Source: Actinoallomurus sp. (GTDB lineage Bacteria > Actinomycetota > Actinomycetes > Streptosporangiales > Streptosporangiaceae). Taken from it: 64,000 bases of DNA. The notes under the pieces are model-generated. The model was not told the origin of the DNA, made no database searches, and saw nothing but the letters and a program-made list of their open reading frames with translations. The DNA lies in assembly GCA_025964625.1 (NCBI GenBank), contig JAOPYL010000214.1:7542-71541 (forward strand), read 5' to 3'. The position numbers and the translations under genes are program-made. Below are positions 41,338 to 51,362 of this stretch, one piece after another. The first letter of the stretch is position 1; each line of letters opens with the position of its first letter.

Positions 41338-42582
41338 ATGCGCGTCCTGCTGGTGACCAGTCACTACAAACCCGGACCGGGCGGCGCGGAAACCGTGGTC
41401 TCCCTGACCGAACAGTTGCTCCGCGAGGCCGGTCATGACGTCGTGCCGTTCGCCGTGGCAGAGCCGGACACCTCCCCGACCCCCTGGCTCCCGTGGTTCC
41501 CACCGCCCGCGGGCTCGGGCGCGCGTACCGAGCCCGGACGCCGGCTGGCCGGGATCTACAGCACACCCGCCCGCAGAGCCCTGGACGCGCTGTTGACCCA
41601 GATCGGGCCGGACATCGCGCATGTCCATCACGTGCACGAGTTCCTCACACTCTCGGTGCTGGACGCGCTGCGCCACCACGAGATCCCGACCGTCATGACG
41701 CTGCATGACTACAAGGCCGTCTGCCCGAACTACCGGCTGTTCACCCAAGGCCGTCCCTGCGAGCGGTGCCTCAGCGGCGGACGGCTCGTCAATGCGCTGC
41801 GCCACGGATGCCTGGCGGGGGAAGGGTCGGCCTGGCGCGCCGCCGCGGCGGGCGCCGAGGCCGGCTTGGCGGCGATGCGGGGCTGGTGGCGATGGGTCGG
41901 CCTGTTCATCGCGCCGAGCGTCTTCCTGCGCGACCGGGTGGTCGCGGGCGGCCTGCCCTCCGACCGGGTCGTGGTCCTGCCCAATCCAGTGGTCCCGCCC
42001 GATCGTCCCGTCGCACCGCCGGGACGACCGGCCCGGTTCGTGTACGCCGGCCGGCTCGTGGCCGAGAAGGGACTGGACGTGCTGTTGACCGCCGCACATG
42101 GGCTGCCGCCGGGGTCGGCGATCGACCTTTACGGCGTCGGCCGGGCCGAGGCGTCGATCCGCCGGCGTGTCGCGACCGAGAGCCTGCCGGTACGCCTGCA
42201 CGGCTTCACCGCCAAGACGATCGTGACGGAGGCGTTCGGCGGTGCGACCGCCGCCGTCCTGCCCGCCCTGTGGTACGAGAACTGCCCGATGAGCGTGCTG
42301 GAGGCAGCCGCCTGCGGCCTGCCCGTGGTGGCGTCCCGGATCGGCGGCCTCCCGGAGTTGCTGGACGACGGCCGCACGGGTCTGCTCGTGCCACCCGGTG
42401 AGCCGCGCGCGCTGGCCGCCGCGCTGAGGTCGCTCGCCGCCGATCCGTCCTATGCCCGAGCGCTCGGCGCCGCCGCACGCGGACACGTGATCCGGCACCA
42501 TGCCCCGGTGCAGCATCTCACCGTGCTGCTGCGCCACTACGCGTCCGTGATGACCAGCCATCATCGTGCCGCTCCGCCCTGA
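41338..42582 (+). CDS. GT4 glycosyltransferase
   Basis: GGAETV, TLHDYKAVCPN, AGRLVAEKG, WYENCPMSVLEA. Confidence 0.9.
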   Translation: MRVLLVTSHYKPGPGGAETVVSLTEQLLREAGHDVVPFAVAEPDTSPTPWLPWFPPPAGSGARTEPGRRLAGIYSTPARRALDALLTQIGPDIAHVHHVHEFLTLSVLDALRHHEIPTVMTLHDYKAVCPNYRLFTQGRPCERCLSGGRLVNALRHGCLAGEGSAWRAAAAGAEAGLAAMRGWWRWVGLFIAPSVFLRDRVVAGGLPSDRVVVLPNPVVPPDRPVAPPGRPARFVYAGRLVAEKGLDVLLTAAHGLPPGSAIDLYGVGRAEASIRRRVATESLPVRLHGFTAKTIVTEAFGGATAAVLPALWYENCPMSVLEAAACGLPVVASRIGGLPELLDDGRTGLLVPPGEPRALAAALRSLAADPSYARALGAAARGHVIRHHAPVQHLTVLLRHYASVMTSHHRAAPP

Positions 42583-42597
42583 GCCGGCAGGGCGTGA

Positions 42598-44513
42598 TCA
42601 GGGCAGGGCCGCACCGGTGGTGAGCCGGCGGAACAGGGCGATGAGGTCGTCGACGTGCGCGTCGAACGTGAAGGAATCCCGGTGCGCCCTCACCGCCGAG
42701 CGGGCGTGCGCCAGCGTGGCATGGTCGTGCAGCCGGTCGGCGAGGTCGTCGGCATCGTCGTACAGCACCCCGATCCCGGTCGCCTCGATCAGCCGGGCGG
42801 CCGCCACCCGGGATCCGGTGACGCGGGGCTGCAGGAGAGGGACGCCGCCGGCCATGAGGGGCGGGATACGTGCCGGGATATTCAGGTCGTCCCAGGTCGC
42901 CACGCGCAGATCCCCGCCGTTCGCGCTGGGCACGCGGTGCAGCCAGCCCGCGTCGTATCTGGACAGCCGGCCCACCCAGCGCCTCTGATCGACATGCGGA
43001 TGGACGTGCACGTGGCCGGGGGCGGCGCGAACCGCCCGCGCCAGCCAGGTGGCCCAGGCGCCCTTCGCTCCCGGTGCGGCGACGAGCCCGTGCAGGTGGG
43101 TGTGCACGCCGCGGCGGGCAAGGGCGGTGACGAACTCCGCGTCGAGCCCCAGAGGCCGGCCGAGGACCACGGTGTGGATCTCGCCATCGCGCTGCGACAG
43201 TCGCCGGCTCCGGCTCCCGGCGAACCAGTCGGCCTTGGGCAGATCTCCGTCGAGCACATGCGCGCGATCCGGATCGGCCATGCCCGGCAGCGCCGCGAGG
43301 AACCAGTCTCGCTCCTCGGCGGAACAGTACAGTTGGGCGGCTGACCGCGTCGCCAGTTCGGCCAGCCGGGGCCAGTCCCCGCAGCGGATACTGTGCTGCG
43401 GCGCCTCCTTGAAGTGCCAGACGAACGGTATCTCGGGCAGGGCCCGCAGCACCCGGTGGCAGAAGGGCACCGCCCGCCAGTTGAGCTGGGCGTAGATCAC
43501 ATCGGGCCGCAGCCGGCGAGCGGACTCCTGCCAGCCGAGGCGAGGCAGGTCGGTCACGTGCCCGAACGGCAGGGGGCCCACGGTGCTGCAGCCCAGGCCG
43601 TCCTCGGTCCAGAGCCCGTACAGGCGGTGCCCGCGCTCGGTCAGTGCGAGCACCCGCTCCGGGTTGTAGGCCAGTTCACCCACGAGCAGGATGCACAGGC
43701 CGTCCGGGGACGGCGACAGCCGGCGGCGGCGGAACCGGTCGTACAGCGCCACCTCGTCGGTCTCACCGCTGTCGGTCGAGTGGAAGCGGAGCGGGACGGG
43801 GACGCGGTACCGAGAGCGGAAGACATTGAGGCCGCCGTCGTGGCTCTCCCGGATCGCCTTGTGCCGCTGCGCGGGATGGTCCGTCCACGTACACGTCACC
43901 CGGCCGGTGCGACACGCCGGGCCCTGTGCCCGCAGCCGTGCCCAGTACAGCCGGTCGAGGTCGTCGCTCTCCAGCTCGGCACGTTCGGGCCAGGGGTGAC
44001 CGATCCGGCGATGGGCCACCTGGACCAGTTGTAACGGATGCCCGTCGGGCGCACCGAGCGAGGTGCGCCCCCCCTGCTGGCGGACCCCCGAATAGGCGAG
44101 GACGGTGGCCGGGTCGGCGAGCGCGGTCAGCAGGGCCTTCAGGTGACCGGGCTCATAGAGATCATCCGAGGGCAGATAGGCGACCACCGGCGCGGTCGTC
44201 AGCGCGAGCCCCGCGTTGAGCGCCGCGCCCAGCCCCTGATTCGCGGGCAGCCGGTGATAGCGCACCCGAGGGTCGCCGAGGAAACGTCCGGCGACGTCGC
44301 CGGTCTCGTCGGGTGATCCGTCATCGACGATCACGAGTTCCCAGTCCGGGAACGTCTGTGCGAGCAGCCCACCGAGCGCCCGCGGCAGGAAGGTGGCCTG
44401 CAGGTATGTCGGCATGATCACGGAAACGGCGCATTCCGGGCGAGCGGCCGGGTACGGGTCCCATCGGGCCGTTCGGGGATTCGGCCCCAGGGGCGTCTGG
44501 AGGTTTCCGTCAT
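42598..44513 (-). CDS. GT2 + GT-B-like fusion glycosyltransferase (5' end ambiguous, possible frameshift)
   Basis: VSVIMPTY, IVDDGS, AYLPSDD, then a second domain (LLVGELAYNPER...RYDAGW). In-frame starts occur only at 44421/44415; the ATG at 44513 is one frame off. Confidence 0.75.
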
Positions 44514-45570
44514 GCCCGTCCCACCGCTCTCCGACCCCGGAGTCCGCCACGTCGCCTTCCTGCGGGCCCGTGTCGGCCTCGGTGACCTCCTGTGCTCGGT
44601 GCCCGCCCTTCGCGCGCTGCGCCACGCCAGGCCGGACATCCGGATCACGGTGATCACCTGGGTGGAGACCGCCCCCGTATTGGCGCGTTTCGCGCCTTAC
44701 ATTGATGAATTGCTCCCCTTCAGCGGATACCCGGGTATTCCCGACCGGCCGCCGGACGGCAGGCGCCTGCACGACCTGTTGTCCGGCGCCGCCGCGCGCC
44801 ACTTCGACCTGGTCCTGCAGGCGTACGGCGACAGGATCGCCGCCAACGAGATCTGCGAGCGGATCGGCCGATCCGCCGACGCTCGTGTCGGCGGATTCGC
44901 CGCGGCGGGCTTCACCGGCCGCGGCGAGCTGTACCTCCCGTATCCGCGGCGCGTGCACGAAGTCCACCGTCACCTGGCCCTCGTGCGGCATCTGGGCGTC
45001 ACGGGCGGCGATTCCGCGCTGGAGTTCGGTAAGCTGCCGGGCGATACCGCGGCCTTCGCGGCGCTCGCCGACCGGCACGGCCTGGTCCCCGGCCGGTACG
45101 CCGTCCTGCACCCCGGCGCGTCCGCCACAACCCGCCGATGGCCACCGGCCCGTTTCGCCGCCGTCGCCGACCAACTCTCCTCGCGCGGGCTGGAGGTGGT
45201 GCTGAGCGGCGTGGCCGCCGAGCGGTACCTCGGTCGTGCCGTCCTTCGGCATACCCGCTGCCGCCCGGTCGACCTCACCGGCGCCACGACCCTGGGTACG
45301 CTGGCTCTCCTCCTGCGCAATGCTGCCCTGCTGGTGGCCAACGACACGGGCGTCGCGCATCTCGCGGCCGCCACCGGGACCTCCAGCGTCACGCTCTTCA
45401 TGGCCGGAGATCCCGTGCGCTGGGCCTACCATGACGACCGGCACCGCGTTGTCCGTGCCGGCGTGCCCTGCAGTCCCTGTCCGCATCTGTCCTGTCCCAT
45501 CGACCTGCGCTGCGCTCAGGATCTGTCGGTCGGCGCGGTTCTGAAGGAGGTCCGGTCGCTGCTGGACTGA
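44512..45570 (+). CDS. GT9 (heptosyltransferase-like) glycosyltransferase
   Basis: GLGDLLCSVPALRALR, HPGAS...RRWP, ANDTGVAHLAAA, C-terminal CSPC...CPIDLRC. Confidence 0.9.
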   Translation: MPVPPLSDPGVRHVAFLRARVGLGDLLCSVPALRALRHARPDIRITVITWVETAPVLARFAPYIDELLPFSGYPGIPDRPPDGRRLHDLLSGAAARHFDLVLQAYGDRIAANEICERIGRSADARVGGFAAAGFTGRGELYLPYPRRVHEVHRHLALVRHLGVTGGDSALEFGKLPGDTAAFAALADRHGLVPGRYAVLHPGASATTRRWPPARFAAVADQLSSRGLEVVLSGVAAERYLGRAVLRHTRCRPVDLTGATTLGTLALLLRNAALLVANDTGVAHLAAATGTSSVTLFMAGDPVRWAYHDDRHRVVRAGVPCSPCPHLSCPIDLRCAQDLSVGAVLKEVRSLLD

Positions 45571-46640
45571 ACGGCCGCCGCGGGCGGCGCGGCGGCCGCG
45601 GCCCCGAGCACCCCGGCCACGGCCACCACCATGTCGGCGGCGTCGAAACGCCGCACGGCGACCGCGCGGGCCCGTGCCCCGAGCCGCCGGCGCCGGCCCG
45701 GGTCGGTGAGGAGCCGCTCAAGGGCGTCCGCCAGCGCAACGGGGTCGTCCGGTGACACCAGGACGGCCGCGTCACCGACCGCCTCGGGGATGTCCCCCAC
45801 CTGTGTCGTGACGCATGGAAGCCCGTGCGCCATCGCCTCGAGCAGCGTCAGGGGCAGCGCCTCCCTACGTGAAGGGAGACAGAAGACCGCAAGGCGCCGC
45901 AGGAGGGCGGGAATGTCATCCACGAAGCCGACAAAGCGAATCGGCAGCCCGGCAGCAGTGGCCTCGAGCAGGCTCCGATCACGCCCTTCACCCGCCACCA
46001 CCACGTCCAGCGCACAACCACGTGCGATAAGGAGTCCGACCGCCGCGATCAGCGTGTCGAACCCCTTCTGGTCGGTGAGCCGCCCTACCGCACCCACGAG
46101 CGGCCGCGTCCCCGCGACGGAGACAGCGCCCTGCCAGGGCTCCGGCAGGTCCACGCCGTTGCGTATCCGCACCACCCGGTCGGGCGGCATCCCCAGCCGG
46201 TCACGCAGCAGGTCCGCGATCTGCGCGGACACCGCCATCGCGGCGGTCAACCGCGCGTATGGACCGTCCGGGCCGCCCAGCCCGTCCGTCACCGTGCCCG
46301 GCATGTGAAGGGTCGCCACGGTCGGCGCCGCCGAGCTCGCCGCCGCCAGCGCGGCCCGGTTGCTGGCCGGATCCACCAGGTTCACATGCCATAAGTCGGC
46401 ACGGACCTCGCCCAGCCGCCGTACGAGCTCCGGCGCGCGCTCCCGGCCACGTGCCAGCGGAACCCGAGTGCACGATGAACAACGGCCGGCGAGGTCGTCG
46501 AACCCCGGAGCCACCGGTTCGGTGACCACCAGATGCCGCTCGAACTCCTCGGGGAGGCGACCCAGCAGCTGCCGTACATAGACCTCCGCACCGCCGTAGG
46601 CGTCGCTGTCCACGAGAAGACCCAGCCGAATCGCTGTCAT
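45516..46640 (-). CDS. GT4 glycosyltransferase
   Basis: DAYGGAEVY, GRLTDQKG, SRREALPLTLLEAM. Confidence 0.9.
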   Translation of the reverse strand: MTAIRLGLLVDSDAYGGAEVYVRQLLGRLPEEFERHLVVTEPVAPGFDDLAGRCSSCTRVPLARGRERAPELVRRLGEVRADLWHVNLVDPASNRAALAAASSAAPTVATLHMPGTVTDGLGGPDGPYARLTAAMAVSAQIADLLRDRLGMPPDRVVRIRNGVDLPEPWQGAVSVAGTRPLVGAVGRLTDQKGFDTLIAAVGLLIARGCALDVVVAGEGRDRSLLEATAAGLPIRFVGFVDDIPALLRRLAVFCLPSRREALPLTLLEAMAHGLPCVTTQVGDIPEAVGDAAVLVSPDDPVALADALERLLTDPGRRRRLGARARAVAVRRFDAADMVVAVAGVLGAAAAAPPAAAVQSSSDRTSFRTAPTDRS

Positions 46641-46823
46641 GCCCTCCCGCTTCCCCGGACGCCCAGCGCGAAAACGGTCAGCGGCGTCCGGCGAGCCCGG
46701 AGAACGTCCCGGGCACCGCCCGCATGGTGGGCCCGGAACGGAGGAACAGCGGGGCGACGAGGCCGTCGCGGCCGAGCGTCTCGGCGCCGTCGGCCAGTCG
46801 CGGTTCGGCCGCGACGGCCGCCA

Positions 46824-48209
46824 CTAGGCCGTGGCGGGGTCGAGAGGACGCCGGTCCGGCCAGCCTTCGGCGACCTGCAGCTGCGCCGCGAGCATCAACA
46901 GCGTCGCCTCGTCGTTCTCGCGGCCGAGAAACTGCACGCCGATCGGCAGCCCGGCACCACTGAGCCCGGCGGGCACGCTGATGGCCGGCCAGCCGACGAC
47001 GTTCCACGCCCAGCAGAACGGGCAGGCGGCGACCGACAGCTTGCCGGCGTCCCACCAGCCCAGGCCCTGCAGCGCGCCCACCTCGAGGGGAAGCTGCGCG
47101 GTGGCCGGGGTGAGGACGACGTCGGCCCGCTCGAAGATCCTCCCGACGCGGCGGCGCAGGGCCGGCTCGGCACGGCGCGCGGCGGGCAGCAGCCGCCGTC
47201 CGATGTGCCGGCCGAGGAACGCCTCGGTCCGGGTGGCCGCCTCCGGGTCGGCGCCCGGGACCTCGCCCAGGCAGTCGGCGACGCCCGTGGTGCCGCGTGG
47301 CAGGAAGCTGAGTCCGATCAGCCCGTAGGTGGGGTCAGCCGGGAAGACCCGGTGCCCGAGTTCGGTGAGGACCCCGGCGAGACGCAGCACGGCCGCCCGG
47401 ATCTCCGGATCGACCTTGCCGGGCACGCCGAAGGGCGTGCGGAAGGACAGCGCGACCCTCAGACGTCCGGGTTCGCGCCCGGCCGCCCGCGCGTACGACT
47501 CCGCGGGCGCGGGGGGCCGGTACACGTCATCCGGATGGCTGCCGGTCAGCACGTCGAGCAGCAGGCCCGCGTCCTCGACCGTGCGGGTCAGCGGGCCGGC
47601 GACGGTGATCCCATAGAACGGGTCGACGTGCGGCCATACGGAGATGCGGCCGCGCTGCGGCTTCAGGCCGACGAGCCCGGTCCAGGCGGCCGGAATGCGC
47701 ACCGATCCGGCACCGTCGGAGCCGACCGCCCCGGAGACCATCCCGGCCGCGACCGCCACCGCCGAACCGGCGCTCGACCCGCCCGGCGAATGCTGGGCGC
47801 TCCAGGGATTGCGGACCGCACCGAAAGCCGCGGTCTCGCCGGTGGGCCACTGTCCGAACTCGCTCGTGTTCGTCTTGCCGACGATGATCGCGCCTGCCTC
47901 CCGCAGGCGCCGGACGATCTCGCTGTCCTGTGTCCTGGGCCGGTGGTCGCCCCGGCAGCCGTACGGCGTGGTCTCCCCCGCCAGGTCGGTGTCGTCCTTG
48001 ATCGCGACCGGAACGCCGAGCAACGGCGGCCGCTCGCCCTCCCAGCGGTCGGCCTCGGCGGCCTCGGCCAGCGCCGCCTCGGCGCGTACGACCCGGAAGG
48101 CACCGAGCGTGTCACGCTCGATGCACTCCAGGGCATACGCGGTCAGCTCACGGGCGGAGACCGCTCCGGCCGCCAGCCGTACGGCGTCGGCGGCGAGTCC
48201 TTCGATCAA
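46824..48209 (-). CDS. Amidase-signature family amidase
   Basis: GVPVAIKD, GKTNTSEFG, PGGSSAGS, GSDGAGSVRIPA; GGGAGG RBS before TTG. Confidence 0.9.
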   Translation of the reverse strand: MIEGLAADAVRLAAGAVSARELTAYALECIERDTLGAFRVVRAEAALAEAAEADRWEGERPPLLGVPVAIKDDTDLAGETTPYGCRGDHRPRTQDSEIVRRLREAGAIIVGKTNTSEFGQWPTGETAAFGAVRNPWSAQHSPGGSSAGSAVAVAAGMVSGAVGSDGAGSVRIPAAWTGLVGLKPQRGRISVWPHVDPFYGITVAGPLTRTVEDAGLLLDVLTGSHPDDVYRPPAPAESYARAAGREPGRLRVALSFRTPFGVPGKVDPEIRAAVLRLAGVLTELGHRVFPADPTYGLIGLSFLPRGTTGVADCLGEVPGADPEAATRTEAFLGRHIGRRLLPAARRAEPALRRRVGRIFERADVVLTPATAQLPLEVGALQGLGWWDAGKLSVAACPFCWAWNVVGWPAISVPAGLSGAGLPIGVQFLGRENDEATLLMLAAQLQVAEGWPDRRPLDPATA

Positions 48210-48219
48210 TGCGGCCTCC

Positions 48220-48237
48220 CGTTCGTTCGAACGAACG
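48220..48237. promoter_or_regulatory. Perfect 18-bp palindrome CGTTCGTTCGAACGAACG (probable TetR operator)
   Basis: Directly upstream of the amidase RBS, in the divergent amidase/tetR gap. Confidence 0.7.
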
Positions 48238-48415
48238 ATAATCGCGCGGCGTCGCGGCGGGAAGATGTACGGGGAGGCCGGCGCTTCCAGGAACCGGCGG
48301 AAGAATCACGAGGAGCCCGGCACCCGAAACACCCGGCACGGGCGGGCGGCGTCCCGCGCACCCAATAGGACAGACTCGTCATTCAACGCAACCCGTACGA
48401 GAGACTCGTCCACCC

Positions 48416-48973
48416 ATGGAAGACGCAAGAGAACGCATTCTGCGCGCCACGCTTCGGCTGATCGGCGAGCACGGCCTCGGCGCGGTCACCAACCGCCGCG
48501 TGGCCGCCGCCGCGGGCGTCTCCCTGGGGTCGCTGACCTACCACTTCCCGAGCCAGGCCGAGTTGCTGCGGGCAAGTCTCTGCCGGCACGTCGACGAGGA
48601 GATCAACCGCATCGGCGCGATCGCCGTGAAGCTGGCGGGAATCACTCCCGACCAGGCCCCGGCGGAGGTCGAGCACGCCATCGCCGGCCTCCCGTCGGGG
48701 CCGGAGGAGGTGGCGACACTCGAACTGCACCTGCATGCCTCCCGCGATCCGCTGATACGCGAGACGGCCACCCGCTCGATGGAGGCGTACGACCGGCTGG
48801 CCGCGGCCGTCCTGACCGCCCTCGGCATTCCGGACGCCGGCAGCAAGGCCCCGGCCGTGGTGGCACTCCTCTACGGCCTGGCGGTGCGCCGGCTGGCAAC
48901 CGGCGATTCGTCGGGTACCGCGGAGGCGCTCAGCCTTCTCCTTCACGGCGCGGAGCAGCGCCCGGGCCGGTAG
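48416..48973 (+). CDS. TetR-family regulator
   Basis: TNRRVAAAAGVSLGSLTYHFPS HTH. Confidence 0.9.
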   Translation: MEDARERILRATLRLIGEHGLGAVTNRRVAAAAGVSLGSLTYHFPSQAELLRASLCRHVDEEINRIGAIAVKLAGITPDQAPAEVEHAIAGLPSGPEEVATLELHLHASRDPLIRETATRSMEAYDRLAAAVLTALGIPDAGSKAPAVVALLYGLAVRRLATGDSSGTAEALSLLLHGAEQRPGR

Positions 48974-49118
48974 CGGCGTCCTCCAGGGTGTCCTCGCGGC
49001 GAGGCCCCGGCTGCGCGCAGGCGCAGAGCCCGTGCGCGGTGATCGAGCGGGCTCGGAGCACGGTGTATTCGGCCGGACTCTTCGCCGGGCGGACCCCGTT
49101 GCAGGTCAGGCAGAGCAA
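48930..49118 (-). CDS. Putative small Cys-rich protein (CxxC...CxC), 62 aa
   Basis: GGAGG 8 nt before TTG 49118; LLCLTCNG...HGLCAC; divergent from the GAF regulator. Confidence 0.4.
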   Translation of the reverse strand: MLCLTCNGVRPAKSPAEYTVLRARSITAHGLCACAQPGPRREDTLEDAATGPGAAPRREGEG

Positions 49119-49312
49119 TTCGTTTTCCTCCCCTGGTGCCACCCGCCGCCGGAGACCCCCTCTCCCTGAGGCTCCCAGCGGCGGCGGGCGCATGCGCGGC
49201 GACGCCGGATCCGTCCCCTCAAACGGGTCCGGGCAGACCGCCTCCGGGCGGTTGCGCGGGGCGAAGGGATGTCACCCTGCCGAGGCCGCGATACGCACGG
49301 TAGGCGACCCCG

Positions 49313-49388
49313 GGTTGCAAACAGGTTGCACCCGATCGACAGCAGCGCGCAACAAGTGCGAGGTGAACGTTTCGCGTATCCGGTTGCA
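49313..49388. promoter_or_regulatory. GGTTGCA direct repeats (49313, 49324, 49382)
   Basis: The first two copies are 11 bp apart, a spacing suited to a winged-helix regulator. Confidence 0.55.
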
Positions 49389-49442
49389 ACACACGCCGCC
49401 GACGCCGATGCTCGAGACAGGCACGGCCGATGGAGAACCCCG

Positions 49443-50891
49443 ATGCGGAACAGCCACGTGCACGATGATCTCGCGGACTGTGATCGCCGGACCGCCCTCG
49501 TGCGCGAGGCGGCCGTCACCGGCCCCGCCCCCACCGGCAGGCCGCTGATCTCAGAGTCGTGGCGGCGTTCACTGGACGCCGGCGTCGATCCGGAGATCCG
49601 GTCGGCCCCGCTGGTCTTCGACGCGGACGTCATCGCCGGCGCGCGGGAGAGTCATCCGCTCGGCCGTCACCTGCCGATGCTGCGCGACACGCTCCGCGGC
49701 ATGACCGACGCCACCGCTCACCTCATGGTGATCACCGACGCCGAGGGGCACGTGCTGTGGAGTGAGGGTCCCAGCGATATACGCCGGCGGGCGGACGGCA
49801 TCGGCTTGGCCGAAGGCTTCCGCTGGTCCGAGGCTTCGATCGGGACGAACGGCATCGGCACGTCGCTGAGCGTCGGCGCGCCGGTCTGCGTCCAGGCCAC
49901 CGAGCATCTCGCCCGGGTGCTGCATCCGTGGTCGTGCGTCGCCGCTCCGATCTCGGACCCCGACACGAGCCGAGTGATCGGCTGCGTCGACGTCAGCGGC
50001 ACGGCGAGCACACTGCATCCGGCCGTCATCGCGCTCGTCGAAGCGGCGGCGCGCCTCACCGAGGCCCAGCTCACCGTGGAGATGAACCGCCGGGACGACC
50101 ACCTGCGCGCGCGTTATCTCCGCCATCTGCACGGCGACACGCACGTGCTGGTGACGGCGACCGGGCGGATCCTGGCAGCCGATCCCGACGGCTGGCGCGG
50201 CGGACGGGTCGCGGTCCCGGAGGCGGGCTGCCGGGTGGCGCTGCCCGACGGCCGGACGGCGGTCGCGGAGACACTGGGCCAGGCGTTCCTGCTGCGTACG
50301 GCCGGCACCGCCGACGACCGATCCTCACTGATGCTGCGGCTGCTCGGCGAGGAGCAGCCGTGCGCGTTCCTCGACGGCCGGCGCATCCCGCTGTCACTAC
50401 GGCACGCTGAGCTGCTCGCCCTGCTGGCGCTTCACCCGCGCGGCCTGACCTGCGAGCAGTCCTCGCTTCACCTCTACGGTGACGAGGGCAATCCGGTCAC
50501 CGTCAGGGCGGAGATCCATCGCCTCCGCGCGCAGCTCGGGGACGTCGTGCGGGCCAAGCCGTACCGGCTCGACTGCGACGTCGACGCCGACTTCCTGACG
50601 GTGCGGCGACTGCTCGCGGCAGGAGACGTCACCGCTGCCGTGCGGCTGTACCAGGGGCCGTTGCTGCCACGCTCGGAGTCGCCGGCCATCCAGTCCGAGC
50701 GGGACGAGCTCACCGCACAGCTGCGCAGGCAGCTTCTTCGCAGCGGTGACGCCGACGCCCTGTGGACGTACACGCAGAGCGGCGAGGACGACCTGGAGAT
50801 ACTCGGCAGGCTGACGACGGCGCTCCCGCCGGGAGACCCGCGCCGCGTGTCGGCACACCTGCGCGAACGCCGCATCCTGGAGAACGACTGA
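49443..50891 (+). CDS. GAF-domain transcriptional regulator with OmpR-type winged HTH
   Basis: SWRRS, WSEASIGTNGIGT, WSCVAAPI (AcoR-like GAF); LSLRHAELLALL...TVRAEIHRLR. Confidence 0.9.
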   Translation: MRNSHVHDDLADCDRRTALVREAAVTGPAPTGRPLISESWRRSLDAGVDPEIRSAPLVFDADVIAGARESHPLGRHLPMLRDTLRGMTDATAHLMVITDAEGHVLWSEGPSDIRRRADGIGLAEGFRWSEASIGTNGIGTSLSVGAPVCVQATEHLARVLHPWSCVAAPISDPDTSRVIGCVDVSGTASTLHPAVIALVEAAARLTEAQLTVEMNRRDDHLRARYLRHLHGDTHVLVTATGRILAADPDGWRGGRVAVPEAGCRVALPDGRTAVAETLGQAFLLRTAGTADDRSSLMLRLLGEEQPCAFLDGRRIPLSLRHAELLALLALHPRGLTCEQSSLHLYGDEGNPVTVRAEIHRLRAQLGDVVRAKPYRLDCDVDADFLTVRRLLAAGDVTAAVRLYQGPLLPRSESPAIQSERDELTAQLRRQLLRSGDADALWTYTQSGEDDLEILGRLTTALPPGDPRRVSAHLRERRILEND

Positions 50892-50896
50892 ACCTC

Positions 50897-51112
50897 TCAG
50901 GACTGCTGTTGCTCCTCGACCATGTCGTCGAACTCGCCGTCCTTGACCCCGAGAACGAACGCCTCCCACTCACTCGGGGTGTAATACAGCGCGTCGCCGT
51001 CAGGTTTGCTGGAGTCGCGCATGACGACCATGCGGTCGGCGTGCTTGTGCTTGATCGGCACGTCCTTACCGTCGACGAACAGGATTTCGACGGACCCGGA
51101 TTCCTCGCTCAT
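50897..51112 (-). CDS. DUF397-like small protein
   Basis: VMRDSSKPDGDALYYTPSEWEAFVLGVKDGEFD; AGAGG RBS. Confidence 0.8.
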   Translation of the reverse strand: MSEESGSVEILFVDGKDVPIKHKHADRMVVMRDSSKPDGDALYYTPSEWEAFVLGVKDGEFDDMVEEQQQS

Positions 51113-51328
51113 GCCGTCCTCTTCTACTCAGGGAGACGCGGACGCCCGAAGGTCGTCGGGACCAGGCTATAGCTCCGTGCGTCTTCGCCGTGGCCGGAAC
51201 GAACCCGCGGCCTCCGGCGGCGTTCCGGACAGACCGCTGCAGGCGGCGGGATTCCGGACAGGACGGTGGCGCCCCGCCGGGCGGCCCGAACCGAACGCGG
51301 CCGGGAGATGAGATGCTCAGGCCCTATA

Positions 51329-51344
51329 GTTACCCATGGGTAAC
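51329..51344. promoter_or_regulatory. Perfect 16-bp palindrome GTTACCCATGGGTAAC
   Basis: 18 nt upstream of the enoyl-CoA hydratase ATG; preceded by TATAGT. Confidence 0.65.
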
Positions 51345-51362
51345 CAGGATGGAAGGGACAGC

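Noticed and set aside
42598-45486. 962-aa version of the GT2 ORF
   Set aside because: The N-terminal ~330 aa is the antisense of the GT9 gene and has no domain features.
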